This document shows positions 24,683 to 38,200 of a stretch of DNA of 64,000 nt, piece by piece (position 1 is the stretch's first letter; each line of letters opens with the position of its first letter). Origin of the DNA: Eledone cirrhosa. Taxonomy: Eukaryota. The notes beneath the pieces were generated by a model. The model saw only the letters and a program-made list of their open reading frames with translations, did no database searches and was not told the origin of the DNA. Made by a program: the position numbers and the translations under genes. Location of the stretch: contig OZ024743.1 in assembly GCA_964016885.1 (NCBI GenBank), positions 205,592,001 through 205,656,000 of the forward strand, written 5' to 3'.

Positions 24683-27600
24683 ATTATCTACCCCTGATTT
24701 TTTTTTTACAAATTATCTCTCCCTGATTTTTTTTACAAATATCTCGCCTAGGCTGGCTGGAAATTATCTCCCCTTGGCTGACTGGAAATTATCTCCCCTT
24801 GGACGGCTGGAAATTATCTCCCCTTGGACGCCTAGAAATTACCTCTCCTTGGACAGCTGTAAATTATCTCCCCTTGGACGGCTGTAAATTATCTCCCCTT
24901 GGACGGCTGGAAATTATCTCCCCTTGATTTTGTATACAAATTATCTCCCCCTGATTTTTTTTTACAAATTATCTGCCCCTGATTATTTTTTTACAAATTA
25001 GCAACGCCTGATTTTTTTAAAAAATTATCTCCCCTTGGACGGCTGGAAATTATCTCCCCTTGGACGGCTGGAAATTATCTCCCCTTGAACGGCTAGAAAT
25101 TACCTCTCTTTGGACGGCTGAAAATTATCTCCCCTTGGACGGCTGGAAATTATCTCCCCTTGAATTTTTTACAAATTATCTCCCCCTTATTTTTTTTTAC
25201 AAATTATCTCCCCCTGATTTTTTTTTACAAATTATCTACCCCTGATTTTTTTTCCAGATTATCTCCCCCTGATTTTTTTTTACAAATTATCTCCCCCTGT
25301 TTTTTTTTACAAATTATTTCCCCCTGATTTTTTTACAAATTATCTCCCCCTGATTTTTTTTACAAATTATCTCCGCCTGATTTTTTTAAATATTATCTTC
25401 CCTTGGCTGGCGGGAAATTATCTCCCCTTGGACGCCTGGAAATTATCTCCCCTTGGAAGGATGGAAATTATCTCCCCTTGGACGGCTGGAAATTATCTCC
25501 CCTTGCACTGCTGGAAATTATCTCCCCTTGGACGGCTGGAAATTATCTCTCTTTGGACGGCTGTAAATTATCTCCCCTTGATTTTTTTTACAAATTATCT
25601 CCCCCTGATTTTTTTTACAAATCTCCCAGTGATTTTTTAAAAAAATTATCTCCCCTTCGCTGGCTGGAAATTATCTCCCCTTGGACGCTGGAAATTATAG
25701 CCCCTTGGAGGGCTGGAAGTTATCTTCCCTTGGAGGGCTGGAAATTATCTTCCCTTGGACGGCTGGAAATTATCTCCCCTTGATTTTTTTTACAAATTAT
25801 CTCCCACTGATTTTTTTTTACAAATTATCTCCCCCTGATTTTTTTTTTACAAATTATCTCCGCCTGATTTTTTTTAAAAATTATCTCCCCTTGGACGGCT
25901 GGAAATTATCTCCCCTTGGACGGCTGGAAATTATATCCCCTTGGACGGCTAGAAATTACCTCTCCTTGGACGGCTGAAAATTATCTCCCCTTGGACGGCT
26001 GGAAATTATCTCCCCTTGATTTTTTTTACAAATTATCTCCCCCTGATTTTTTTTACAAATTATCTACCCCTGATTTTTTTTTACAAATTATCTCCCCCTG
26101 ATTTTTTTTTACAAATTATCTCCCCCTGATTTTTTTACAAATTATCTCCCCTTGGCTGGCTGGAAATTATCTCCCCTTGGAGGCTGGAATTTATCTCCCC
26201 TTGGAGGGCTGGAAATTATCTCCCCTTGGACGGCTAGAAATTACCTCTCCTTGGACGGCTGGAAATTATCTCCCCTTGAACGGCTGGAAATTATTTCCCC
26301 TTGGACGGCTGGAAATTATCTCCCCTTGAACGGCTGGAAATTATCTCCCCTTGGACGGCTAGAAATTACCTCTCCTTGGACGGCTGGAAATTATCTCCCC
26401 TTGGACGGCTGGAAATTATCTCCCCTTGGACGGCTGGAAATTATTTCCCCTTGATTTTTTTTACAAATTATCTCTCCCTGATTTTTTTTACAAATATCCC
26501 CCTAATTTAAAAAAAAATTATCTCCCCGTCGCTGGCTGGAAATTATCTCCCTTTGGACGGCTGGAAATTATAGCTGCTTGTCGGGCTAGAAATTATCTCC
26601 CCTTGGACGGCTGGAAATTATCTCCCCTTGATTTTTTTTACTAATTATCTACCCCTGATTTTTTTTTACAAATTATCTCCGCCTGATTTTTTTTTTAAAA
26701 TTATCTCCCCTTGGCTGGATGGAAATTTTCTCCCCTTGGACGGCTGGAAATTATCTCCCCTTGATGTCTTCTACAAATTATCTACCCCTGATTTTTTTTT
26801 TACAAATCATCTCTCCCTGATTTTTTTTACAAATATCTCCCCTTGGCTGGCTGGAAATTATCTCCCCTTGGCTGGCTGGAAATTATCTCCCCTTGGACGG
26901 CTGGAAATTATCTCCCCTTGGACGCCTAGAAATTACCTCTCCTTGGACAGCTGTAAATTATCTCCCCTTGGACGGCTGGAAATTCTCTCGCCTTGGACGG
27001 CTGGAAATTATCTCCCCTTGGACGGCTATAAATTATCTCTCCTTCGACGGCTGGAAATTATCTCCCCTTGATTTTTTTACAAATTATCTCCCCCTGATTT
27101 TTTTTTACCAATCTACCCCTGATTTTAAAAAAAAATTATCTCCTCTTCGCTAGCTGGAAATTATCTCCCCTTGGACGGTTGGAAATTATCTCCCCTTGAT
27201 TTATTTTACAAATTATCTACCCTGATTTTTTTACAAATTATCTCCCGCTGATTTTTTTTTACAAATTATCTCCCCCTGATTTTTTTTTTACAAATTATCT
27301 CCGCCTGATTTTTTTAAAATTATCTCCCCTTGGCTGGATGGAAATTATCTCCCCTTGGACGGTTGGAAATTATCTCCCCTTGCACGGCTGGAAATTATCT
27401 TCCCTTGGACGGCTAGAAATTACCTCTCCTTGGACGGCTGAAAATTATCTCCCCTTGGACGGCTGGAAATTATCTCCCCCTGATTTTTTTTACAAATTAT
27501 CTCCCCTTGGACGGCTGGAAATTATCTCCCCTTGCACGGCTGGAAATTATCTTCCCTTGGACGGCTAGAAATTACCTCTCCTTGGACGGCTGAAAATTAT

Positions 27601-30600
27601 CTCCCCTTGGACGGCTGGAAATTATCTCCCCCTGATTTTTTTTACAAATTATCTCCCCTTGCACGGCTGGAAATTACCTCTCCTTGGACGGCTGAAAATT
27701 ATCTCCCCTTGGACGGCTGGAAATTATCTCCCCCTGATTTTTTTTACAAATTATCTCCCCTTGGACGGCTTGAAATTATCTCCCCTTGGACGGCTAGAAA
27801 TTACCTCTCCTTGGACGGCTGAAAATTATCTCCCCTTGATTTTTTTTACAAATTATCTCCCCCTGATTTTTTTTTTTACAAATTATCTCCCCCTGATTTT
27901 ATTTTACATATTATCTACCCCTGATTTTTTTTTACAAATTATCTCCACCTGATCTTTTTTACAAATTATCTCCCCCTGATTTTTTTTTTACAAATTATCT
28001 CCCCCTGATTTTTTTACAAATTATCTCCCCCTAATTTATTTTACAAATTATCTCCGCCTGATTTTTTTAAATATTAACTTCCCTTGGCTGGCGGGAAATA
28101 ATCTCCCCTTGGAAGGATGGAAATTATCTCCCCTTGGACGGCTGGAAATTATCTCCCCTTGCACGGCTGGAAATTATCTCCCCTTGGACGGCTGGAAATT
28201 ATCTCCCCTTGGCTGGAAATTATCTCCCCTTGGACGGCTAGAAATTATCTCTCTTTGGACGGCTGGAAATTATCTCCCCTTGATTTTTTTACAAATTATC
28301 TCCCCCTGATTTTTTTTACAAATCTCCCAGTGATTTTTTAAAAAAAATTATCTCCCTTTCGCTGGCTGGAAATTATCTCCCCTTGGACGCTGGAAATTAT
28401 AGCCCCTTGGAGGGCTGGAAATTATCTTCCCTTGGACGGCTGGAAATTATCTCCCCTTGATTTTTTTTACATATTATCTACCCCTGATTTTTTTTTTACA
28501 AATTATCTCTCCCTGATTTTTTTTACAAATATCTCGCCTAGGCTGGCTGGAAATTATCTCCCCTTGGCTGACTGGAAATTATCTCCCCTTGGACGGCTGG
28601 AAATTATCTCCCCTTGGACGCCTAGAAATTACCTCTCCTTGGACAGCTGTAAATTATCTCCCCTTGGACGGCTGTAAATTATCTCCCCTTGGACGGCTGG
28701 AAATTATCTCCCCTTGATTTTGTATACAAATTATCTCCCCCTGATTTTTTTTTACAAATTATCTGCCCCTGATTATTTTTTTACAAATTAGCAACGCCTG
28801 ATTTTTTTAAAAAATTATCTCCCCTTGGACGGCTGGAAATTATCTCCCCTTGGACGGCTGGAAATTATCTCCCCTTGAACGGCTAGAAATTACCTCTCTT
28901 TGGACGGCTGAAAATTATCTCCCCTTGGACGGCTGGAAATTATCTCCCCTTGAATTTTTTACAAATTATCTCCCCCTTATTTTTTTTTACAAATTATCTC
29001 CCCCTGATTTTTTTTTACAAATTATCTACCCCTGATTTTTTTTCCAGATTATCTCCCCCTGATTTTTTTTTACAAATTATCTCCCCCTGTTTTTTTTTAC
29101 AAATTATTTCCCCCTGATTTTTTTACAAATTATCTCCCCCTGATTTTTTTTACAAATTATCTCCGCCTGATTTTTTTAAATATTATCTTCCCTTGGCTGG
29201 CGGGAAATTATCTCCCCTTGGACGCCTGGAAATTATCTCCCCTTGGAAGGATGGAAATTATCTCCCCTTGGACGGCTGGAAATTATCTCCCCTTGCACTG
29301 CTGGAAATTATCTCCCCTTGGACGGCTGGAAATTATCTCTCTTTGGACGGCTGTAAATTATCTCCCCTTGATTTTTTTTACAAATTATCTCCCCCTGATT
29401 TTTTTTACAAATCTCCCAGTGATTTTTTAAAAAAATTATCTCCCCTTCGCTGGCTGGAAATTATCTCCCCTTGGACGCTGGAAATTATAGCCCCTTGGAG
29501 GGCTGGAAGTTATCTTCCCTTGGAGGGCTGGAAATTATCTTCCCTTGGACGGCTGGAAATTATCTCCCCTTGATTTTTTTTACAAATTATCTCCCACTGA
29601 TTTTTTTTTACAAATTATCTCCCCCTGATTTTTTTTTTACAAATTATCTCCGCCTGATTTTTTTTAAAAATTATCTCCCCTTGGACGGCTGGAAATTATC
29701 TCCCCTTGGACGGCTGGAAATTATATCCCCTTGGACGGCTAGAAATTACCTCTCCTTGGACGGCTGAAAATTATCTCCCCTTGGACGGCTGGAAATTATC
29801 TCCCCTTGATTTTTTTTACAAATTATCTCCCCCTGATTTTTTTTACAAATTATCTACCCCTGATTTTTTTTTACAAATTATCTCCCCCTGATTTTTTTTT
29901 ACAAATTATCTCCCCCTGATTTTTTTACAAATTATCTCCCCTTGGCTGGCTGGAAATTATCTCCCCTTGGAGGCTGGAATTTATCTCCCCTTGGAGGGCT
30001 GGAAATTATCTCCCCTTGGACGGCTAGAAATTACCTCTCCTTGGACGGCTGGAAATTATCTCCCCTTGAACGGCTGGAAATTATTTCCCCTTGGACGGCT
30101 GGAAATTATCTCCCCTTGAACGGCTGGAAATTATCTCCCCTTGGACGGCTAGAAATTACCTCTCCTTGGACGGCTGGAAATTATCTCCCCTTGGACGGCT
30201 GGAAATTATCTCCCCTTGGACGGCTGGAAATTATTTCCCCTTGATTTTTTTTACAAATTATCTCTCCCTGATTTTTTTTACAAATATCCCCCTAATTTAA
30301 AAAAAAATTATCTCCCCGTCGCTGGCTGGAAATTATCTCCCTTTGGACGGCTGGAAATTATAGCTGCTTGTCGGGCTAGAAATTATCTCCCCTTGGACGG
30401 CTGGAAATTATCTCCCCTTGATTTTTTTTACTAATTATCTACCCCTGATTTTTTTTTACAAATTATCTCCGCCTGATTTTTTTTTTAAAATTATCTCCCC
30501 TTGGCTGGATGGAAATTTTCTCCCCTTGGACGGCTGGAAATTATCTCCCCTTGATGTCTTCTACAAATTATCTACCCCTGATTTTTTTTTTACAAATCAT

Positions 30601-32269
30601 CTCTCCCTGATTTTTTTTACAAATATCTCCCCTTGGCTGGCTGGAAATTATCTCCCCTTGGCTGGCTGGAAATTATCTCCCCTTGGACGGCTGGAAATTA
30701 TCTCCCCTTGGACGCCTAGAAATTACCTCTCCTTGGACAGCTGTAAATTATCTCCCCTTGGACGGCTGGAAATTCTCTCGCCTTGGACGGCTGGAAATTA
30801 TCTCCCCTTGGACGGCTATAAATTATCTCTCCTTCGACGGCTGGAAATTATCTCCCCTTGATTTTTTTACAAATTATCTCCCCCTGATTTTTTTTTACCA
30901 ATCTACCCCTGATTTTAAAAAAAAATTATCTCCTCTTCGCTAGCTGGAAATTATCTCCCCTTGGACGGTTGGAAATTATCTCCCCTTGATTTATTTTACA
31001 AATTATCTACCCTGATTTTTTTACAAATTATCTCCCGCTGATTTTTTTTTACAAATTATCTCCCCCTGATTTTTTTTTTACAAATTATCTCCGCCTGATT
31101 TTTTTAAAATTATCTCCCCTTGGCTGGATGGAAATTATCTCCCCTTGGACGGTTGGAAATTATCTCCCCTTGCACGGCTGGAAATTATCTTCCCTTGGAC
31201 GGCTAGAAATTACCTCTCCTTGGACGGCTGAAAATTATCTCCCCTTGGACGGCTGGAAATTATCTCCCCCTGATTTTTTTTACAAATTATCTCCCCTTGG
31301 ACGGCTGGAAATTATCTCCCCTTGCACGGCTGGAAATTATCTTCCCTTGGACGGCTAGAAATTACCTCTCCTTGGACGGCTGAAAATTATCTCCCCTTGG
31401 ACGGCTGGAAATTATCTCCCCCTGATTTTTTTTACAAATTATCTCCCCTTGCACGGCTGGAAATTACCTCTCCTTGGACGGCTGAAAATTATCTCCCCTT
31501 GGACGGCTGGAAATTATCTCCCCCTGATTTTTTTTACAAATTATCTCCCCTTGGACGGCTTGAAATTATCTCCCCTTGGACGGCTAGAAATTACCTCTCC
31601 TTGGACGGCTGAAAATTATCTCCCCTTGATTTTTTTTACAAATTATCTCCCCCTGATTTTTTTTTTTACAAATTATCTCCCCCTGATTTTATTTTACATA
31701 TTATCTACCCCTGATTTTTTTTTACAAATTATCTCCACCTGATCTTTTTTACAAATTATCTCCCCCTGATTTTTTTTTTACAAATTATCTCCCCCTGATT
31801 TTTTTACAAATTATCTCCCCCTAATTTATTTTACAAATTATCTCCGCCTGATTTTTTTAAATATTAACTTCCCTTGGCTGGCGGGAAATAATCTCCCCTT
31901 GGAAGGATGGAAATTATCTCCCCTTGGACGGCTGGAAATTATCTCCCCTTGCACGGCTGGAAATTATCTCCCCTTGGACGGCTGGAAATTATCTCCCCTT
32001 GGCTGGAAATTATCTCCCCTTGGACGGCTAGAAATTATCTCTCTTTGGACGGCTGGAAATTATCTCCCCTTGATTTTTTTACAAATTATCTCCCCCTGAT
32101 TTTTTTTACAAATCTCCCAGTGATTTTTTAAAAAAAATTATCTCCCTTTCGCTGGCTGGAAATTATCTCCCCTTGGACGCTGGAAATTATAGCCCCTTGG
32201 AGGGCTGGAAATTATCTTCCCTTGGACGGCTGGAAATTATCTCCCCTTGATTTTTTTTACATATTATCT
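24683..32269 (+). repeat. Apparently perfect tandem duplication, unit 3,790 bp (24683-28472 and 28473-32262, plus 7 bp junction overlap)
   Basis: ORFs 25060-28117 recur at exactly +3790 with identical translations. Identity starts after the mismatch A24682/T28472 and ends before A28480/C32270. Confidence 0.93.
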
Positions 32270-35200
32270 CCCCCTGATTTTTTTTTACAAATTATCTCCC
32301 CGATTTTTTTTTACAAATTATCTTCCCCTGATTTTTTTTTTACAAATTATCTCCGCCTGATTTTTTTTAAAAATTATCTCCCCTTGGACGGCTGGAAATT
32401 ATCTCCCCTTGGACGGCTGGAAATTATCTCCCCTTGGACGGCTAGAAATTACCTCTCCTTGGACGGCTGAAAATTATCTCCCCTTGGACGGCTGGAAATT
32501 ATCTCCCCTTGATTTTTTTTACAAATTATCTCCCCCTGATTTTTTTTTACAAATTATCTCCCCCTGATTTTTTTTTTATAAATTATCTCCCCCTGATTTT
32601 TTTTACAAATTATCTCCCCCTGATTTTTTTACAAATTATCTCCCCTTGGCTGGCTGGAAATTATCTCCCCTTGGAGGCTGGAATTTATCTCCCCTTGGAC
32701 GGCTGGAAATTATCTCCCCTTGGACGGCTAGAAATTACCTCTCCTTGGACGGCTGGAAATTATCTCCCCTTGAACGGCTGGAAATTATCTCCCCTTGGAC
32801 GGCTGGAAATTATCTCCCCTTGGACGGCTGGAAATTATCTCCCCTTGGACGGCTAGAAATTACCTCTCCTTGGACGGCTGGAAATTATCTCCCCTTGGAC
32901 AGCTGGAAATTATCTCCCCTTGGACGGCTGGAAATTATTTCCCCTTGATTTTTTTTTTCAAATTATCTCCCCCTGATTTTTTTTACAAATCTCCCCCTAA
33001 TTTAAAAAAAAATTATCTCCCCTTCGCTGGCTGGAAATTATCTCCCTTTGGACGGCTGGAAATTATAGCTGCTTGTAGGGCTAGAAATTATCTCCCCTTG
33101 GACGGCTGGAAATTATCTCCCCTTGATTTTTTTTACTAATTATCTCCCCCTGATTTTTTTTTACAAATATCTCCCCTTGGCTGCCTGGAAATTATCTCCC
33201 CTTGGCAGGCTGGAAATGATCTCCCCTTGGACGGCTGGAAATTATCTCCTCTTGGACGCCTAGAAATTACCTCTCCTTGGACAGCTGTAAATTATCTCCC
33301 CTTGGACGGCTGGAAATTATCTCGCCTTGGACGGCTGGAAATTATCTCCCCTTGATTTTGTATACAAATTATCTCCCCCTGATTTTTTTTTACAAATTAT
33401 CTGCCCCTGATTATTTTTTTACAAATTAGCTCCGCCTGATTTTTTTTTAAAATTATCTCCCCTTGGACGGCTGGAAATTATCTCCCCTTGGACGGCTGGA
33501 AATTATCTCCCCTTGAACGGCTAGAAATTACCTCTCCTTGGACGGCTGAAAATTATCTCCCCTTGGACGGCTGGAAATTATCGCCCCCTGATTTTTTTTA
33601 ACAAATTATCTCCACCTGATTTTTTTTACAAATCATCTCCGCCTGATTTTTTTAAAAAATTATCTCCCTTTCGCTGGCTGGAAATTATCTCCCCTTGGAC
33701 GCTGGAAATTATAGCCCCTTGGACGGCTGGAAATTATCTCCCCTTGATTTTTTTTACATATTATCTCCCCCTGATTTTTTTTTACGAATTATCTCCCCGA
33801 TTTTTTTTTACAAATTATCTCCCCCTGATTTTTTTTTACAAATTATCTCCGCCTGATTTTTTTAAAAAAATTATCTCCCCTTGGACGGCTGGAAATTATC
33901 TCCCCTTGAACGGCTGGAAATTATCTCCCCTTGGACGGCTGGAAATTATCTCCCCTTGGACGGCTGGAAATTATCTCCCCTTGGACGGCTAGAAATTACC
34001 TATCCTTGGACGGCTGGAAATTATCTCCCCTTGGACGGCTGGAAATTATCTCCCCTTGGACGGCTGGAAATTATTTCCCCTTGATTTTTTTTACAAATTA
34101 TCTCCCCCTGATTTTTTTTACAAATCTCCCCCTAATTTAAAAAAAAATTATCTCCCCTTCGCTGGCTGGAAATTATCTCCCTTTGGACGGCTGGAAATTA
34201 TAGCTGCTTGTAGGGCTGGAAATTATCTCCCCTTGGACGGCTGGAAATTATCTCCCCTTTATGTCTTCTACAAATTATCTACCCCTGATTTTTTTTTTAC
34301 AAATTATCTCCGCCTGATTTTTTTTTACAAATTATCTGCGCCTGATTTTTTTTTACAATTTAGCTCCGCCTGATTTTTTAAAAAATTATCTCCCCTTGGA
34401 CGGCTGGAAATTATCTCCCCTTGGACGGCTGGAAATTATCTCCCCTTGGACGGCTAGAAATTATCTCTCTTTGGACGACTGGAAATTATCTCCCCTTGGA
34501 CGGCTGCAAATTATCTCCCCTTGATTTTTTTTACAAATTATCTCCCCCTGATTTTTTTTACAAATTATCTCCCCCTGATTTTTTTTTACAAATTATCTAC
34601 CCCTGATTTTTTTACAAATTATCTCCCCCTGATTTTTTTTTACAAATTATCTCCCCCTGATTTTTTTTACAAATTATCTCCCCCTGATTTTTTTTTACAA
34701 ATTATCTCCCCCTGATTTTTTTACAAATTATCTCCCCCTGATTTTTTTAAAAATTATCTTCCCTGGGCTGGCGGGAAATTATCTCCCCTTGGACGGCTGG
34801 AAATTATCTTCCCTTGCACGGCTGGAAATTATCTCCCCTTGGACAGCTGGAAATTATCTGCCCTTGATTTTGTTTTTACAAATTATCTCCCCCTGATTTT
34901 TTTTACAAATTATCTCCACCTGATTTTTTAAAAAATTATCTCCCCTTGGACGGCTGGAAATTATCTCCCCTTGGACGGCTAGAAATTATCTCTCTTTGGA
35001 CGGCTGGAAATAATCTCCCTTTGATTTTTTTACAATTTATCTCCCTCTGATTTTTTTTACAAATCTCCCCCTGATTTTTTTTAAAAAATTATCTCCCCTT
35101 CGCTGGCTGGAAATTATCTCCCCTTGGACACTTGAAATTATATCCCCTTGGAGGGCTGGAAATTATCTTCCCTTGGACGGCTGGAAATTATCTCCCCTTG

Positions 35201-38200
35201 ATTTTTTTTACAAATTATCTCCCCCTGATTTTTTTTACAAATTATCTGCCCCTGATTTTTTTTTACAAATTATCTCCGCCTGATTTTTTTTTAAATTATC
35301 TCTCCTTGGACGGCTGGAAATTATCTCCCCTTGATTTTTTTTACAAATTATCTCCCCCTGATTTTTTTTTACAAATTATCTACCCCTGATTTTTTTTTAC
35401 AAATTATCTCCCCCTGATTTTTTTTACAAATTATCTCCCCCTGATTTTTTTTTTACAAATTATCTCCCCCTGATTTTTTTACAAATTATCTCCCCCTGAT
35501 TTTTTTTTCAAATTATCTCCGCCTGATTTTTTTAAATATTATCTTCCCTTGGCTGGCGGGAAATTATCTCCCCTTGGACGGCTGGAAATTATCTCCCCTT
35601 GGAAGGATGGAAATTATCTCCCCTTGGACGGCTGGAAATTATCTCCCCTTGCACTGCTGGAAATTATCTCCCCTTGGACGGCTGGAAATTATCTCCCCTT
35701 GGCTGAAAATTATCTCCCCTTGGACGGCTAGAAATTATCTCTCTTTGGACGGCTGGAAATTATCTCCCCTTGATTTTTTTACAAATTATCTCCCCCTGAT
35801 TTTTTTACAAATCTCCCAGTGTTTTTTTTTTAAAATTATCTCCCCTTCGCTGGCTGGAAATTATCTCCCCTTGGACGCTGGAAATTATAGCCCCTTGGAG
35901 GGCTGGAAATTATCTTCCCTTGGACGGCTGGAAATTATCTCCCCTTGATTTTTTTTACAAATTATCTCCCCCTGATTTTTTTTACAAATTATCTCCCCCT
36001 GATTTTTTTTTACAAATTATCTCCCCCTGATTTTTTTTACAACTTATCTCCGCCTGATTTTTTAAAAAAATTATCTCCCCTTGGACGGCTAGAAATTACC
36101 TCTCCTTGGACGGCTGAAAATTATCTCCCCTTGGACGGCTGCAAATTATCTCCCCTTGATTTTTTTTACAAATTATCTCCCCCTGATTTTTTTTTACAAA
36201 TTATCTCCCCCTGATTTTTTTTACAAATTATCTCCCCCTGATTTTTTTTTACAAATTATCTCCCCCTGATTTTTTTTACAAATTATATCCCCTTGGCTGG
36301 CTGGAAATTATCTCCCCTTGGAGGCTGGAATTTATCTCCCCTTGGACGGCTAGAAATTACCTCTCCTTGGACGGCTGGAAATTATGTCTCCTTGGACGGC
36401 TAGAAATTACCTCTCCTTGGACGGCTGAAAATTATCTCCCCTTGGACGGCTGGAAATTATCTCCCCTTGATTTTTTTTACAAATTATCTCCCCCTGATTT
36501 TTTTTTACAAATTATCTCCCCCTGATTTTTTTTACAAATTATCTCCCCCTGATTTTTTTTTACAAATTATCTCCCCCTGATTTTTTTTACAAATTATATT
36601 CCCTTGGCTGGCTGGAAATTATCTCCCCTTGGAGGCTGGAATTTATCTCCCCTTGGATGGCTAGAAATTACCTCTCCTTGGACGGCTGGAAATTATGTCT
36701 CCTTGGACGGCTGGAAATTATCTCCCTTTGGACGGCTGGAAATTATCTCCCCTTGGACGGCTGGAAATTATCTCCCCTTGGACGGCTAGATATTACCTCT
36801 CCTTGGACGGCTGGAAATTATCTGCCCTTGGACGGCTGGAAATTATCTCCCCTTGGACGGCTGGAAATTATTTCCCCTTGATTTTTTTTACAAATTATCT
36901 CCCGCTGATTTTTTTTTACAAATCTCCACCTAATTAAAAAAAAAATTATCTCCCCTTCGCTGGCTGGAAATTATCTTGCTTTGGACGGCTGGAAATTATA
37001 GCCGCTTGTAGGGCTGGAAATTATCTCCCCTTGGACGGCTGGAAATTATCTCCCCTTGATTTTTTTTACTAAGTATCTCACCCTGATTTTTTTTTACAAA
37101 TTATCTCCGCCTGATTTTTAAAAAAAAATTATCTCCCCTTGGCTGGATGGAAATTATGTCCCCTTGGACGGCTGGAAATTATCTTCCCTTGATTTCTTCT
37201 ACAAATTATCTACCCCTGATTTTTTTTTTACAAATTATCTCTCCCTGATTTTTTTTTACAAATATCTCTCCTTGGCTGGCTGGAAATTATCTCCCCTTGG
37301 CTGGCTGGAAATTATCTCCCACTGATATTTTTTTACAAATTAGCTCCCCCTGATTTTTTTTACAAATTATCTCCCCCTGATTTTTTTCACAAATTATCTC
37401 CCCCTGATTTTTTTTACAAATTATCTCCCCTGATTTAAAAAAAAAAATTATCTCCCCTTGGACGGCTGGAAATTATCTCCCCTTGGACGGCTGGAAATTA
37501 TCGCCCCCTGATTTTTTTTTTACAAATTATCTCCACCTGATTTTTTTTACAAATCATCTCAGCCTGATTTTTTTAAAATATTATCTCCCTTGGCTTGCTG
37601 GAAATTATCTCCCCTTGGACGGCTATAAATTATCTCTCCTTCGACCGCTGGAAATTATCTCCCCTTGATTTTTTTACAAATTATCTCCCCCTGATTTTTT
37701 TTTACCAATCAACCCCTGATTTAAAAACAAAAATTATCTCCCCTTCGCTGGCTGGAAATTATCTCCCCTTGGACGGCTGGAAATTATCTCCCCTTGATTT
37801 TTTTTACAAATTATCTACCCCTGATTTTTTTACAAATTATCTCCCCCTGATTTTTTTTACAAATTATCTCCCCCTGATTTTTTTTTTTACAAATTATCTC
37901 CGCCTGATTTTTTTAAAATTATCTCCCCTTGGCTGGATGGAAATTATCTCCCCTTGGACGGCTGGAAATTATCTCCCCTTGGAAGGATGGAAATTATCTC
38001 CCCTTGGACGGCTGGAAATTATCTCCCCTTGCACGGCTGGAAATTATCTCCCCTTGGACGGCTAGAAATTACCTCTCCTTGGACGGCTGAAAATTATCTC
38101 CCCTTGGACGGCTGGAAATTATGTCCACCTGATTTTTTTTTACAAATCATCTCCGCCTGATTTTTTTAAAAACTTATCTCCCTTGGCTTGCTGGAAATTA

